DNA from: Haliotis cracherodii
Taxonomy: Eukaryota
Assembly (NCBI RefSeq): GCF_022045235.1
Contig: NW_027266275.1
Coordinates: 73,036,001-73,100,000 of the forward strand
DNA: 64,000 bases
Reading direction: 5' to 3'
The notes under the pieces were generated by a model. The model was not told the origin of the DNA. It saw only the letters and a list, made by a program, of their open reading frames with translations, and did no database searches. How positions within the stretch are numbered: position 1 is the stretch's first letter; each line of letters opens with the position of its first letter. This document shows positions 12,285 through 26,575 of the stretch, in pieces. The position numbers were made by a program, and so were the translations under genes.

Positions 12285-12470
12285 GGGGCGGTCGCGTGGC
12301 CTAGTGGTTAAAGCGTTCGCTCGTCACGCCGAAGACCTGGGTTCGATTCCCGACATGGGTACAATGTGTGAAGCCCATTTCTGGTGTCCCCCGCCGTGAT
12401 ATTGCTGGAGTACTGCTAAAAGCGGCGTAAAACCATACTCACTCACTCACTCACTCACTCACTCACTCAC
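12285..12470 (+). mobile_element. SINE family A, young full-length copy
   Basis: Intact A box (TGGCCTAGTGG) and B box (GGTTCGATTCCC), long (CACT)n tail, 14-bp TSD CTCACCAGTAGTCT at 12271-12284 and 12466-12479. Confidence 0.95.
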
Positions 12471-13189
12471 CAGTAGTCTATCCCCATACCTTGAGGTGTT
12501 GGATTGAATCATTTAGTGCTTCTACGCATGCCCCTTGTTTTGACAGGAAGTTGAAGATTATAACCTCTATTATCACCAACTGCAACACATCACCTCGCGT
12601 GCTTCCATGACGTAGGAGAGAGGCGGACTGAGTCACGCTATCTCCCTGTCCGCCCGCATGTACAGCCAATATTTACATCATAACTAACAAACGAGAAATT
12701 ATGTATTACCTGCAGCGAATTAAGTGTTATAAACCCAGCATCATTAACGAGCTACCGACTTGAGTTGGCCCCAAGACTAGACCTACAACCTTCATTAACC
12801 GCGAGAGTACATATGTTGTTCCCGTTATACGATACAGACCTTTTCGAGTTTCTTTCTTTTGATTGTTTTTGCAGGAAGATGACAGAACAGAAGCCTCGAG
12901 TTAAGGAGTCACTGAAAGCAACTGATTAACATTAGCGTCACGCTTGGTTAGCCACGCCATATTGACCACCGATTGAAAACTAGTTAATATCTGTGTCAAT
13001 AAGTTTGTCTACAGACTCTCACTGTCTATTGGGTCTATTGTTTTCACTAGTGGTTGCATGGTCTTTATCACATCGTCTATTGTATCTGTGCTTAGTCTCC
13101 GCTCTCCTCTAATGGTATTGGTATAACATTCTACACTCTCGTCTATTAATATAGGTGTTCATATTGTACACTCTCGATTGATCCTTTGC

Positions 13190-14160
13190 GATACAGACCA
13201 CATATTCTACCCTCACCTATAGTGGCACAGACCACATATTCTGCCATCTCACCTATAGTGACACAGACCACATATTCTACCCTCACCTATAGAAACACAG
13301 ACCACATATTCTGCTATCTCACCTATAGTGACACAGGCCACATATTCTGCCTTCTCACCTATAGTGACACAGACCACATATTCTACCCTCACCTATAGTG
13401 GCACAGACCACATATTCTGCTATCTCACCTATAGTGACACAGACCACATATTCTACCCTCACCTATAGTGGCACAGACCACATATTCTGCTATCTCACCT
13501 ATAGTGACACAGACCACATATTCTGCCATCTCACCTATAGTGACACAGACCACATATTCTACCCTCACCTATAGTGGCACAGACCACATATTCTGCTATC
13601 TCACCTATAGTGACACAGGCCACATATTCTGCCTTCTCACCTATAGTGACACAGACCACATATTCTACCCTCACCTATAGTGGCACAGACCACATATTCT
13701 GCCATCTCACCTATAGTGACACAGACCACATATTCTGCCATCTCACCTATAGTGACACAGGCCACATATTCTGCCATCTCACCTATAGTGACACAGACCA
13801 CATATTCTGCCATCTCACCTATATTGACACAGACCACATATTCTACCCTCACCTATAGTGACACAGACCACATATTCTGCTATCTCACCTAAAGTGACAC
13901 AGACTACACATTCTGCCACCTCACCTATAGTGGCACAGACCACATATTCTGCCATCTCACCTATAGTGACACAGACCACATATTCTACCCTCACCTATAG
14001 TGGCACAGACCACATATTCTGCTATCTCACCTATAGTGACACAGACCACATATTCTACGCTCACCTATAGTGACACAGACCACATATTCTACGCTCACCT
14101 ATAGTGACACAGATCACATATTCTACGCTCACCTATAGTGACACAGACCACATATTCTAT
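13190..14160. repeat. Minisatellite, 34/36-bp unit (ctcacctatagtgacacagaccacatattctgccat)
   Basis: Direct inspection; more than 25 units. Confidence 0.95.
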
Positions 14161-14705
14161 TCTTGTGATAAAGTTCACATATTCTACCTACCTATTCCAT
14201 TGATCGGAGTCGGGCCCACCTCGTCTACCTAGAAAAACGAACTCCCGTTTTGAATGGGGCGGGATTAAGGTTTAGCCGAGCCGGCAGCTCTGTTTGATGT
14301 TGCGCGAGTCTTATATAATTACATGTATCTACATATCTATTATGTATATATCCGGTGATATCTAGAGTACAGACGCATTATGTAGAATCTCACAAAATCA
14401 CCAACCTCTGTCTACAGTGTAACATGTCGGCGACTGGGCGGCGTTGGGAACGGGGTGAGCACGGCATTCCTGGGGAGGACGACTACCGCGGTACTCCGCG
14501 ATGTCAGAACACAGACTTCGCGGCGTCCTGTGGTGTCAACAGACAAAATACATCAAAGAATCGAACTGAATTTCAAATAATAGGTATCCGATGGCGGTGA
14601 CTTTGTGATGTGTCATGTCCTCAAGGTAACGCCGTACTCCCTCACACATTCCCCTCTGGTATACGGGTGGGTGCTATCGTTCTTAAGGTACATTTAGTTG
14701 TAGTG

Positions 14706-15052
14706 GAAAAACCTGATATATAACACATGTGCTGTACGATAAATGGTAAAACCTGATGTATAACACGTGGTTGTACGATAAAAGGTAAAACCTGATGTAT
14801 AACACGTGGTTGTACGATATATGGTAAAACCTGATGTATAACACGTGTGTTGTACGATAAATGGTAAAACCTGATGTATAACACATGTGCTGTACGATAA
14901 AAGGTAAAACCTGATGTATAACACGTGGTTGTACGATAAATCGTAAAACCTGATGCATAACACGTGGTTGTACGATAAATGGTAAAACCTGATGTATAAC
15001 ACGTGGTTGTACGATATATGGTAAAACCTTATGTATAACACGTGGTTGTACG
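14706..15052. repeat. Minisatellite, 39/40-bp unit (aaaacctgatgtataacacgtggttgtacgataaatggt)
   Basis: About 9 units; many carry the E-box CACGTG. Confidence 0.95.
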
Positions 15053-15072
15053 GTTAGTGTTAAAACCCTTAA

Positions 15073-15790
15073 CCACTACCAGTACGACCCTCGTGTACGC
15101 CACCCTCTTCCACTACCAGCACAACCCTCGTACACGCCTCGCTCTTCCACTACCAGTACAACACTCGTACACGCCTCGCTCTTCCACTGCCAGTACAACC
15201 CTCGTACACGCCTCGCTCTTCCACTGCCAGTACAACCCTCGTACACGCCTCGCTCTTCCACTGCCAGTACAACACTCGTATACGCCACCCTCTTCCACTG
15301 CCAGTACAACCCTCGTGTACGCCACCCTCTTCCACTACCAGTACAACCGTCGTGTACCCAACCCTCTTCCACTACCAGTACAACCCTCGTGTACACCACC
15401 ATCTACCACTACCAGTACAACACTCGTGTATGCAACTCTCTTCCACTACCAGTACAACCCTCGTGTACGCCTCGCTCTTCCACTGCCAGTACAACCCTCG
15501 TATACGCCACCCTCTTCCACTACCAGTACAACCCTCTGTACGCTACCCTCTTCCCCTACCGGTACAACCCTCTGTACGCTACCCTCTACCACTACCCGTA
15601 CAGTCCTTCTGCATGCTATCCCATCCTCCACCTCTTCCCTCTACCCGTACAAATCTCCTGCAAGCTGACCTCTTCCACTACCAGTACATCTCTTGTGTAC
15701 GCCACCCTCTTCCACTACCCGTACAAACCTTCTGATTGCTACCCCACCTTCAACCACTTCCCGTACAAACCTCCTGCATGCTACCCCATT
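15073..15790. repeat. Minisatellite, 37-bp unit (ccactaccagtacaaccctcgtacacgcctcgctctt)
   Basis: Units decay toward the 3' end. Confidence 0.95.
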
Positions 15791-16294
15791 AAACACAGGC
15801 GCAATTATTGAGTCAAGATCACTGAGTTATTGAGTCCCTGCAGTGAGCAGAAAAGGAGACGAGGTGAGAGGTGTGAAATTTATAATCTTACAAGCTGTGT
15901 GGCGGCGCCATCTGCCACCGACTGTGAAAAGCGAGCAATAGGAGCGAGAAGTGCTTACAGCGTTATACAAATTAAAACATGATTTACTGACAGTCGCCCG
16001 AGAAGGATTATCCCTTCCACCTGTGGGGTAGATGTTGCCTTCTTCAGATAGCTGTAGTGTGTGAGTCGGCCTTGCGACATCCACGGGGATCACACACTGT
16101 CAACACAAACCAGAAATGAATTACAAACCCTAAGTTTACGGCCCATATTCCACCACAGATATGTCAGTACTCTGAACTTCCAAATATCCCCAATAGACTT
16201 GCACAAGTCTCTAAGGCAATTATTAGTTTAAATCATAAGTTCTAGATTATGTAAATAATAAGAACAAGGTGTCCTTATAATAGTCTGTACTGTC

Positions 16295-16378
16295 CATTAT
16301 CTAGACTTGCCTATTACGAGGATAAAATACTACACATACATGGACATTTCTTTCAGTACGGCAAGGCTAGATCATCGA
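16295..16378 (+). repeat. Unclassified dispersed repeat, second copy at about 35308-35395
   Basis: Shared ttatctagacttgcctatta...catggac...ttcagtac...gcaaggctaga. Confidence 0.7.
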
Positions 16379-16481
16379 CACAATATGGTGAATATTATAG
16401 ATATTGTTATAGATATGTTACTTATAAACAACGTATGAATGCATGAGTCCAGTGGATGAAAGCGTTCAGGACTTGGTTAAA

Positions 16482-16836
16482 CTGAGCTGAGCTGAAATGG
16501 GGTTTAACGTCGCGTCCAAGATTATTGCACTTATATAGCGACGTGCATGTACGTTTGTGTGTTTGTGTGGCTGCTTGTACTAGTCCGGACTGATGCCGAT
16601 TTAAAGTGCTAGCTCACTGAGATACCATGCCGCAGTTTAACATGAATACCCCACTCAGACACAGTATACTGACTCCGAGCCGACCAGTCCTTGTTTTAGC
16701 CTCTTAATGCCGAGCGCAGACAGGGTAACAACAAGTACCATCTTTTAACGTCTTTTGGTATGACGCGGCCGGGGATCGAACCCCTGACCTTCCGCTCTCC
16801 GGGCGGACGCTCTACCACTAGACCACGGAGGCGGTC
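16482..16836 (-). mobile_element. V-SINE (family B), full length
   Basis: tRNA-like head with A/B boxes, V-core, pentamer tail. Confidence 0.9.
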
Positions 16837-17165
16837 TGTCTACAATAACACGTTTTGAAAGCTTTACTGATGCCTTGAACGCTGTAACCCTGATCAAACA
16901 ACCTATGAGCAATAATGAAATGGAGCTCTTTCAAATCTTGGTAGAAAGAGCATGCTCGATTGTATCTCAAAAGTTGTGAAATGTAGACACCAAAGGCTTG
17001 AGCTGCGGGAATATTGCTCCACATAAAGGGAAAGTTAACAATTGGGAAGTTGAAGTCATCCCTCTTGTCATCTTGTCTTGTGGAGAGTGTTTTGTGATTT
17101 TGAATCTTTATGCATGGATCTAAATAACATATAGATGAGGCGGTCTTACTGGTCTCTTGTATTGA
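16837..17165 (-). pseudogene. Penelope-like retroelement RT/thumb fragment
   Basis: DKRDDFNFPIVNFPFMWSNIPAAQAFGVYISQLLRYNRACSFYQD...LFDQGY; abuts a V-SINE. Confidence 0.85.
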
Positions 17166-17404
17166 AACAATGGCGCAGGACTGAGGGTAGGAAACTCGAG
17201 CCTGTCACGTTATCTCTTGGCCAGTTGATCGAACCACGAAGATATACACATGTGCGATATATTGGCAGTCACAGGTCAGCAGGGTATATAACAAGGCGTC
17301 CTAATACTGAACACCACAGTGGCTCAGTACACATAGGTTCATTGAAGATATAGTAGGACAAATACAGGGCTGTAAACTCGTTTGTCGATTGTGGCTATCT
17401 GTAA

Positions 17405-17760
17405 CCCCCATGTGGTACACCCAGCAGACCACTTGGGACCAGGGCTACCCCGAATCCCCACGTGGTACGCCCAGCATAGACTACTTTGGACCAAGGCTAC
17501 CCGGAATCCACACGTGGTACGACCAGCATAGACTCCTTGGGACCAGGACTACCCGGAATCCACACGTGGTACGATGAGCATAGACTACTTGGGACCAGGG
17601 CTACCCGGAATCCACACGTGGTACGATGAGCATAGACTACTTGGGACCAGGACTACCCGGAATCCACACGTGGTACGCCCAGCATAGACTACTTGGGACC
17701 AGGGCTACCCGGCATGCACACGTGGCACCTCTAGGTGCTGGGGACCAAGGTTACCCGAAT
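17405..17760. repeat. Minisatellite, 52-bp unit
   Basis: cgtggtac recurs at 17461, 17513, 17565... Confidence 0.93.
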
Positions 17761-19499
17761 GTCAATGTGTATCATTCGTAGATTATCGCGTGGAGATTTT
17801 TCAGCGGGGAGCGTATGGGTATTGCAGTGAGAAGGAAGACTGTGGTTGGAACGGGTGAATTGATGGTAAGGTGAGCATGCGCAATGGACAACTGGGCTAT
17901 TGATATTCAGCAGCCATTGTGATCACCCGATTCACTATTTCAATCGAAAGACAATCAGACCAGATTTTCAACGGGTGTTAAAAGATGGGATTGGATACGA
18001 ATGGGTTATTAACAAATTGCCACACGCAGACACATTCTGACAGGAGATTTAACGAGAATTGGGTCGACCATGAGTTCTGTGTAATATTATCATTATGAAA
18101 CACGTTTTCTTTGAGGTATCCAGAATGCGAATACCCTTAAGACAGTCGGGTATTATTTTGTATACATGCTTGCCTCTATTCAAACAAACCGACAAACGAT
18201 CAAGGCGATAGCACGTGTCTTTGTTTTAGTGTTGCGACCTGCCGTGGGGTGAACGCGGCGCGTGCCGTACCGGTGCCGTACAACTGAGGGAGGGTGCCGT
18301 AAAGCTGAGGGAGGGAGGGTCCCCGACAGGGGCAAGTGTTGAGCCGTGGTGGCATAGGAAGATAAGCAGCGTCTGATTTGCTAATTGTGAAGGTAAACGC
18401 TCATTAGAAGTTGCATTACGCTGGTGTTCGCAGCGTGAACTTGCTTAAGAAGAGCAAGTGTGGTGGAGAAGTGGATGCTGGCAAACGTGCAAAGAATTCT
18501 GGAAATTTGGCGGCGACTTTAATGGGGCAGAAATGATGGCGGCATGCTTAAAAACTGTTGTGATGAGACGGGTCTCGACGGGCCGTGTTTTCCTCGATGG
18601 AACAACATCTTCACACGGTTAAAGGTGGCAATGAGAGGGTCGAAGAGGGCTGATTAATCGGAGCTCGTGACGCCGTTGTAGTAGGAATGGCGACGTTTCG
18701 GAGCCGACGTGGCGGGGACGACTTGGAGAAGATGGGGAGATGCCATCGGGGGAAGCGTTTACTCTGCCCCCTCCCCCGCCTGACTGGTATACCGTCCTGG
18801 GAAGTCTCCGAGGGGTAAGGGTGGGAAGGGCGTCTGTCTCCCGTGGGTCGGCCTCGTTACGTGCACAGTGGCGACACCTAGCGAACACGGCACGCGTTGG
18901 CGGCACAGAGCCTCTCCAGTGCATCCTCACACCTCTCCTAATGCTTGTGGTATTGTGGCAATCAACCCTTTGAAACTGACACTAGCAGGCTGGGGTACAA
19001 AGAACGCTTCTTCTAGGTGGTCGAGTCCGGGGCTACAGGAGGACCTTGGGAGGCAGGATGGCGAGGAGGGGCTTGGGGGCAGAGGGAGTGGGTCATGGGT
19101 GCCTCATCAGGATGACGACGTGGGAAGAGGTCCAAATACTTGCTGCAGATGAGAGGGAAGGGGGAAAGAAAGTCTCAGGTCTGGCGCCATGTGGGATGAG
19201 GGAGAACCATCAATTAATACTGACTGGTGGGGTGTGAAATGCTAGTGCCATGTATAAAAAGGGCGGGAAGATGACAGTTTACTTAAATTGATTGAGGAAA
19301 GGCATACCGTGCAGGCAGTCTTGTGTGTTGTGAAGGGCACCTGTTGGACAATCTGTCACACCGGCCTCTGACTCGCACCTGTTGTCACAGGTAAGACTTC
19401 CCATTTATTGCACGTGTACAAATACATCACCAGGTTCCATACCTGACAGGCAGAGTACCGTCACTGTGAACTCAAACCCAAACCACGCTAATGCTGTAA

Positions 19500-22400
19500 C
19501 CAACTCACTGTCGCCATTGACATAACCACGTTGCTGACACCATTGACATAAACACACACTGTCACCATTGACATAACCAACTCACTGTCATCCCTCACAT
19601 AGCCACAAACTGTCATCACTGACAAAACCACACATTGTCAACACTGACAGAACCACTCACTGTCATCACTGATACAATTATACCACTGTCATCACTGACA
19701 CAACCACACACTGTCATCACTGACATAACCACTCTCATCACTGACATAACCACACACTGTCATCACTGACAAAACCCCACACTGTCACCACTGACACAAT
19801 TATACCACTGTCATCACTGACACAACCACACACTGTCATCACTGACATAACCACTCTCATCACTGACATAACCACACACTGTCATCACTGACATAACCAC
19901 TCTCATCACTGACATAACCACACACTGTCATCACTGACATAACCACACACTGTCATCACTGACACAACCACACACTGTCATCACTAACACAATTATACCA
20001 CTGTCATCACTGACACAACCACCACTGTATTGCACGTGTACAAATACGTCACCAGGTTCCATACCTGACAGGCAGACTACCGTCACTGTGAACTCAAACC
20101 CAAACCACGCTAATGCTGACATAGCCACACATTGTCAACACTGACAGAACCACTCACTGTCATCACTTACACAATTATACCACTGTCATCACTGACACAA
20201 CCACACACTGTCATCACTGACATAGCCACACATTGTCAACACTGACAGAACCACTCACTGTCATCACTTACACAATTATACCACTGTCATCACTGACACA
20301 ACCACACACTGTCATCACTAACATAACCACACTCTCATCACTGACATAACCACACACGGTCATTACTAAAACAACCACTCACTGTCATCACTGACATAAC
20401 CACACTCTCATCACTGACAGAACCACTCACTGCCATCACTGACACAATTATACCACTGTCACCACTGACATAACCACACTCTCATCACTGACACAACCAC
20501 ACACTGTCATCACTGACATAACCACACTCCCATCACTGACATAACCACACACGGTCATTACTAAAACAACCACACACTGTCATCACTGACACAACCACAC
20601 ACTGTCATCACTGACACAACCACCCACTGTCATCACTGACACAACCACACACTGTCATCACTGACTCAATTATACCACTGTCATCACTGACACAACCACA
20701 CACTGTCATCACTGACATAACGACACTATGTCATCACTGACTCAAGTATACCACCGTCATCACAGATAAAGCCACACACTGTCATCACTGACATAACGAC
20801 ACTATGTCATCACTGACACAACCACAAACTGTCATCACTAAAACAACCACATACTGTCATCACTGACATAATTATACCACTGTCATCACTGACATAATAA
20901 TACAGTGTGTGGTTGTATCGGTGATGACAGATTGTCGTTGCATCAATGATGACAGTGGTACAATTATGTCAGTGATGACAGTGTGTGGTTTTATCGGTGA
21001 TGACAGTTTGTCGTTGCATCAGTGATGACAGTGGTATTATTATGTCAGTGATGACTGTGTGGTAGTGTCAGTAATAAAAGTAGTATAATTATGTCAGTGA
21101 TGACAGGGTGTGGTTGTGTCAGTGATGATAGTGTGTGGTTGTGTCAGTGATGACAACCAGACACTGTCATCACTGACACAACTACACCCTGTCATCACTG
21201 ACACAACTACACCCTTGTTGGACGATCTGTCACACCGGCCTCTGACTCGCACCTGTTGTCACAGGTAAGACTTCCCATTTATTGCACGTGTACAAATACA
21301 TCACCAGGTTCCATACCTGACAGGCAGAGTACCGTCACTGTGAACTCAAACCCAAACCACGCTAATGCTGTAACCAACTCACTGTCGCCACGTTGCTGAC
21401 ACCATTGACATAAACACACACTGTCACCATTGACATAACCAACTCACTGTCGCCATTGACATAACCACGTTGCTGACACCATTGACATAAACACACACTG
21501 TCACCATTGACATAACCAACTCACTGTCATCCCTCACATAGCCACAAACTGTCATCACTGACAAAACCACACATTGTCAACACTGACAGAACCACTCACT
21601 GTCATCACTGACACAATTATACCACTGTCATCACTGACACAACCACACACTGTCATCACTGACATAACCACTCTCATCACTGACATAACCACACACTGTC
21701 ATCACTGACAAAACCCCACACTGTCATCACTGACAAAACCCCACACTGTCAGCAATGACACAACCACACAATGTCATCACTGACACAACCACACACTGTC
21801 ATCATTGACATAGCCACACACTGTCAGCAATGACATAGCCACAATTTGTCATCACTTACATAATTATACCACTGTCATCACTGACACAACCACACATTGT
21901 CAACACTGACAGAACCACTCCCTGTCATCACTTACACAATTATACCACTGTCATCACTGACACAACCACACACTGTCATCACTGACATAACCACACTCTC
22001 ATCACTGACATATCCACACACGGTCATTACTAAAACAACCACTCACTGTCATCACTGACACAACCCACACAATGTCATCACTGACACAATTATACCACTG
22101 TCATCACTGACACAACCACACACTGTCATCACTGACACAACCACACACTGTCATCATTGACATAACCACACACTGTCATCACTGACACAACCACACACTG
22201 TCATCACTGACATAACCACACACTGTCATCACTGACTCAATTAAACCACTGTCATCACTCACACAACCACACATTGTAAACACTTACAGAACCACACACT
22301 GTCATCACTGACACAATTATACCACTGTCATCACAGACATAACCACACACTGCCATCACTAAAACAACCACACACTGTCATCACTGACAAAACCCCACAC

Positions 22401-25400
22401 TGTCATCACTGACACAATTATACCACTGTCATCACAGACATAACCACACACTGCCATCACTAAAACAACCACACACTGTCATCACTGACAAAACCCCACA
22501 CTGTCATCACTGACACAATTATACCACTGTCATCACAGACATAACCACACACTGTCATCACTAAAACAACCACACACTGTCATCACTGACAAAACCCCAC
22601 ACTGTCATCACTGACACAATTATACCACTGTCATCACTGACACAACCACACACTGTCATCACTAAAACAACCACACACTGTCATCACAGACATAACCACA
22701 CACTGCCATCACTAAAACAACCACACACTGTCATCACTCACACAACCACATACTGTCATCACTGACACAATTATACCACTGTCATCACTGACATAACCAC
22801 ACTCTCATCACTAACACATCCACACACTGTCATCACTGACATAGTCACACACTGTCATCACTGACACAATTATACCACTGTCATCACTGACATAACCACA
22901 CTCTCATCACTAACACATCCATACACTGTCATCACTGACACAACCACACACTGCCATTACTGACACAACCACACACTGTCATTACTGACACAACCACACA
23001 CTGTCATTACTGACATAGTCACACACTGTCATCACTGACACAACCACACACTGTCATCACTGACATAACGACACTATGTCATCACTGACTCAAGTATACC
23101 ACCGTCATCACAGATAAAGCCACACACTGTCATCACTGACATAACGACACTATGTCATCACTGACACAACCACAAGCTGTCATCACTAAATCAACCACAT
23201 ACTGTCATCACTGATACAACCACACACTGTCATCACTGCCACAACCACACAATGTCATCACTGACTCAATTATACCACTGTCATCACTGACACAACCACA
23301 CACTGTCATCACTGACTCAATTATACCACTGTCATCACTGACACAACGACACACTGTCATCACTGACACAACCACTCACTGTCATCACTGACATAACCAC
23401 ACACTGTCATCACTGACTCAATTATACCACTGTCATCACTGACACAACCACACACTGTCATCACTGACACAACCACACACTGTCATCACTGACATAACCA
23501 CACACTGTCATCACTGACTCAATTAAACCACTGTCATCACTCACACAACCACACATTGTCAACACTTACAGAACCACACACTGTCATCACTGACACAATT
23601 ATACCACTGTCATCACTGACATAACCACACTCTCATCACTAACACATCCACACACTGTCATCACTGACACAACCACACAGTGTCATCACTGACACAACCA
23701 CACACTGTCATTACTGACACAACCACACACTGTCATTACTGACATAGTCACACACTGTCATCACTGACACAACCACACACTGTCATCACTGACATAACGA
23801 CACTGTGTCATCACTGACTCAAGTATACCACCGTCATCACAGATAAAGCCACACACTGTCATCACTGACATAACGACACTATGTCATCACTGACACAACC
23901 ACAAACTGTCATCACTAAAACAACCACATACTGTCATCACTGATACAACCACACACTGTCATCACTGACATAACCACACTCTCATCACTGACATAACCAC
24001 ACACGGTCATTACTTAAACAACCACTCACTATCATCACTGACACAACCACACACTGTCATCACTGACACAACGACACACTGTCATCACTGACACAACCAC
24101 AAACTGTCATCACTAAAACAACCACATACTGTCATCACTGACATAATTATACCACTGTCATCACTGACATAATAATACAGTGTGTGGTTTAATCGGTGAT
24201 GACAGATTGTCGTTGCATCAGTGATGACAGTGGTACAATTATGTCAGTGATGACAGTGTGTGGTTTTATCGGTGATGACAGTTTGTCGTTGCATCAGTGA
24301 TGACAGTGGTATTATTATGTCAGTGATGACTGTGTGGTAGTGTCAGTAATTACAGTAGTATAATTATGTCAGTGATGACAGGGTGTGGTTGTGTCAGTGA
24401 TGAAAGTGGTATAATTATGTCAGTGATGACAACCAGACACTGTCATCACTGACACAACTACACACTGCCATCACTGACATAATTATACCACTGTCAACTC
24501 TGATGACAGTCATCTGACACAGACACACACTGACATAATTATAGCCCTGTCGTCACTGACACAACCACTCAATGTTAACACTGACATAATTATAGCCCTG
24601 TCACCACTGACACAACCACACACTGTCATCACTGACATAACTACACACTGTCACCACTGACACAACCACACACTGTCATCACTGACACAACGACACACTG
24701 TCACCACTGACACAACCACACACTGTCATAACTGACACAACGACACACTGTCATCACTGACACAACCACTCAATGTTAACACTGACATAATTATAGCCCT
24801 GTCACCACTGACACAACCACACACTGTCATCACTGACATAACTACACACTGTCACCACTGACACAACCACACACTGTCATCACTGACACAACGACACACT
24901 GTCATCACTGACACAACCACACACTGTCATAACTGACACAACGACACACTGTCATCACTGACACAACCACTCAATGTTAACACTGACATAATTATAGCCC
25001 TGTCACCACTGACACAACCACACACTGTCATAACTGACACAACGACACACTGTCACCACTGACACAACCACACACTGTCATCACTGACACAACCACACAC
25101 TGTCATCACTGACATAACTACACACTGTCATAACTGACTTAATTATAGCACTGTCAACTCTGATGACAGTCATCTGACACAGACACACTGACATAATTAT
25201 AGCCCTGTCGTCACTGACACAACCACTCAATGTTAACACTGACATAATTATAGCCCTGTCACCACTGACACAACCACACACTGTCACCACTGACATAACT
25301 ACACACTGTCACCACTGACACAACGACACACTGTCATCACTGACACAACTACACACTGTCATCACTGACACAACCACACACTGTCATCAATGACACAACT

Positions 25401-25440
25401 ACACACTGTCATAACTGACTTAATTATAGCACTGTCCGCT
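19500..25440. repeat. Large ~25-bp minisatellite (cactgtcatcactgacacaaccaca) with internal inversions and captured flank
   Basis: About 5.9 kb; inverted blocks at ~20902-21155 and ~24178-24431; the 19341-19500 flank reappears at ~21216 and partly at ~20030. Confidence 0.95.
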
Positions 25441-26575
25441 GACAACCACACACTAACAACACAACTTTCAGAGTGATGAACAGCACATTAAGTAAGGTGG
25501 GGGCAAATTGGGGTTGTGAAGGGGAAAATTGAAATAGGCAAGGAGGTACGTAAGTGTCACTTCCTCCTGCACGACCGTCCATGTTGCTCTGTTTCTCACC
25601 TGTAAATCTCGTTTGTCTGGAGCCAGATCTCGTGCTGAGCGCGAGTACAACAGAGCTATAATTACATCGCTTCCGCTGATCTCCGTGTATTGCGAGTGCT
25701 AGCAGAACGTTCTGATAAGCTTTGCCTACACACACCTTGGCACGGGCGGGTTGAAAACTGCCAATTACACACGATGCAACCTGTAAGTGTCTCGTGTAAT
25801 TGCTCAGATCGGAAATGGACTTCATTTATGAGACAAATGACTATCCGGGTAATACCGCTCTACCAGTAGTAAAAGTGGTAAGGCACAGAATAAACGTCGA
25901 TACGTTGATTTACTGGTATTTATGTTGTTTTTCCTATCTTTATTTATTTATTTATTTATTTATTGTTTATTTATTTATTTATTTATCCATCTCATGTTTA
26001 TGTATACACTATCTTTTTCAAAACAGTTCTGCGACAAGGTCTGTTGACTCTAAGACTGAGTATATTAATTAGTTGCGAGCGTGGTGCCACGGCGGGAGTT
26101 TGGTGTTCCCCGGCATGGCGGGAACTGGCAGCAGGTGGGCGTGAGGCTCGGCGGCGTGCCAAGCTATCTGCAGTGGCGACTCCATGTCGTCGGTCTGAGA
26201 CAACATGGCAGCCAAGTGAACGACAGGAAAGAAGACTTTTACCGGAGAACCTCTCGCCATCATGTGCGTGTGTTTTTGTTGAGACTAGTCATAACATAAT
26301 TAGTTTGTTTTGATCGAATGAGCGTTCGTCAGTGTGGGGGAATGTGTCTCCAAGTGCCACGTCAGCATGGGGTCCTTCCGACGTGATACATCTCTATACT
26401 GTAGTTGGTCGACTTGTCAGTACTCCCATTGATCTGACCGCTAGAATACCTCCAGACCCCTGGGCCAGGTCTGGACCCCGCGTTGTTATACGGATACAGT
26501 GTGTGTAGAACTGCCACATACAACAGAACCCAGCCGACTTGAAAAAGAAAATAGTGTCATACGTATAGGTGTCAT

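Noticed and set aside
12285-12360. tRNA genes suggested by A/B boxes (also ~16770-16836 and ~26940-27008)
   Set aside because: These are SINE heads continuing into SINE bodies and tails; no complete cloverleaf.
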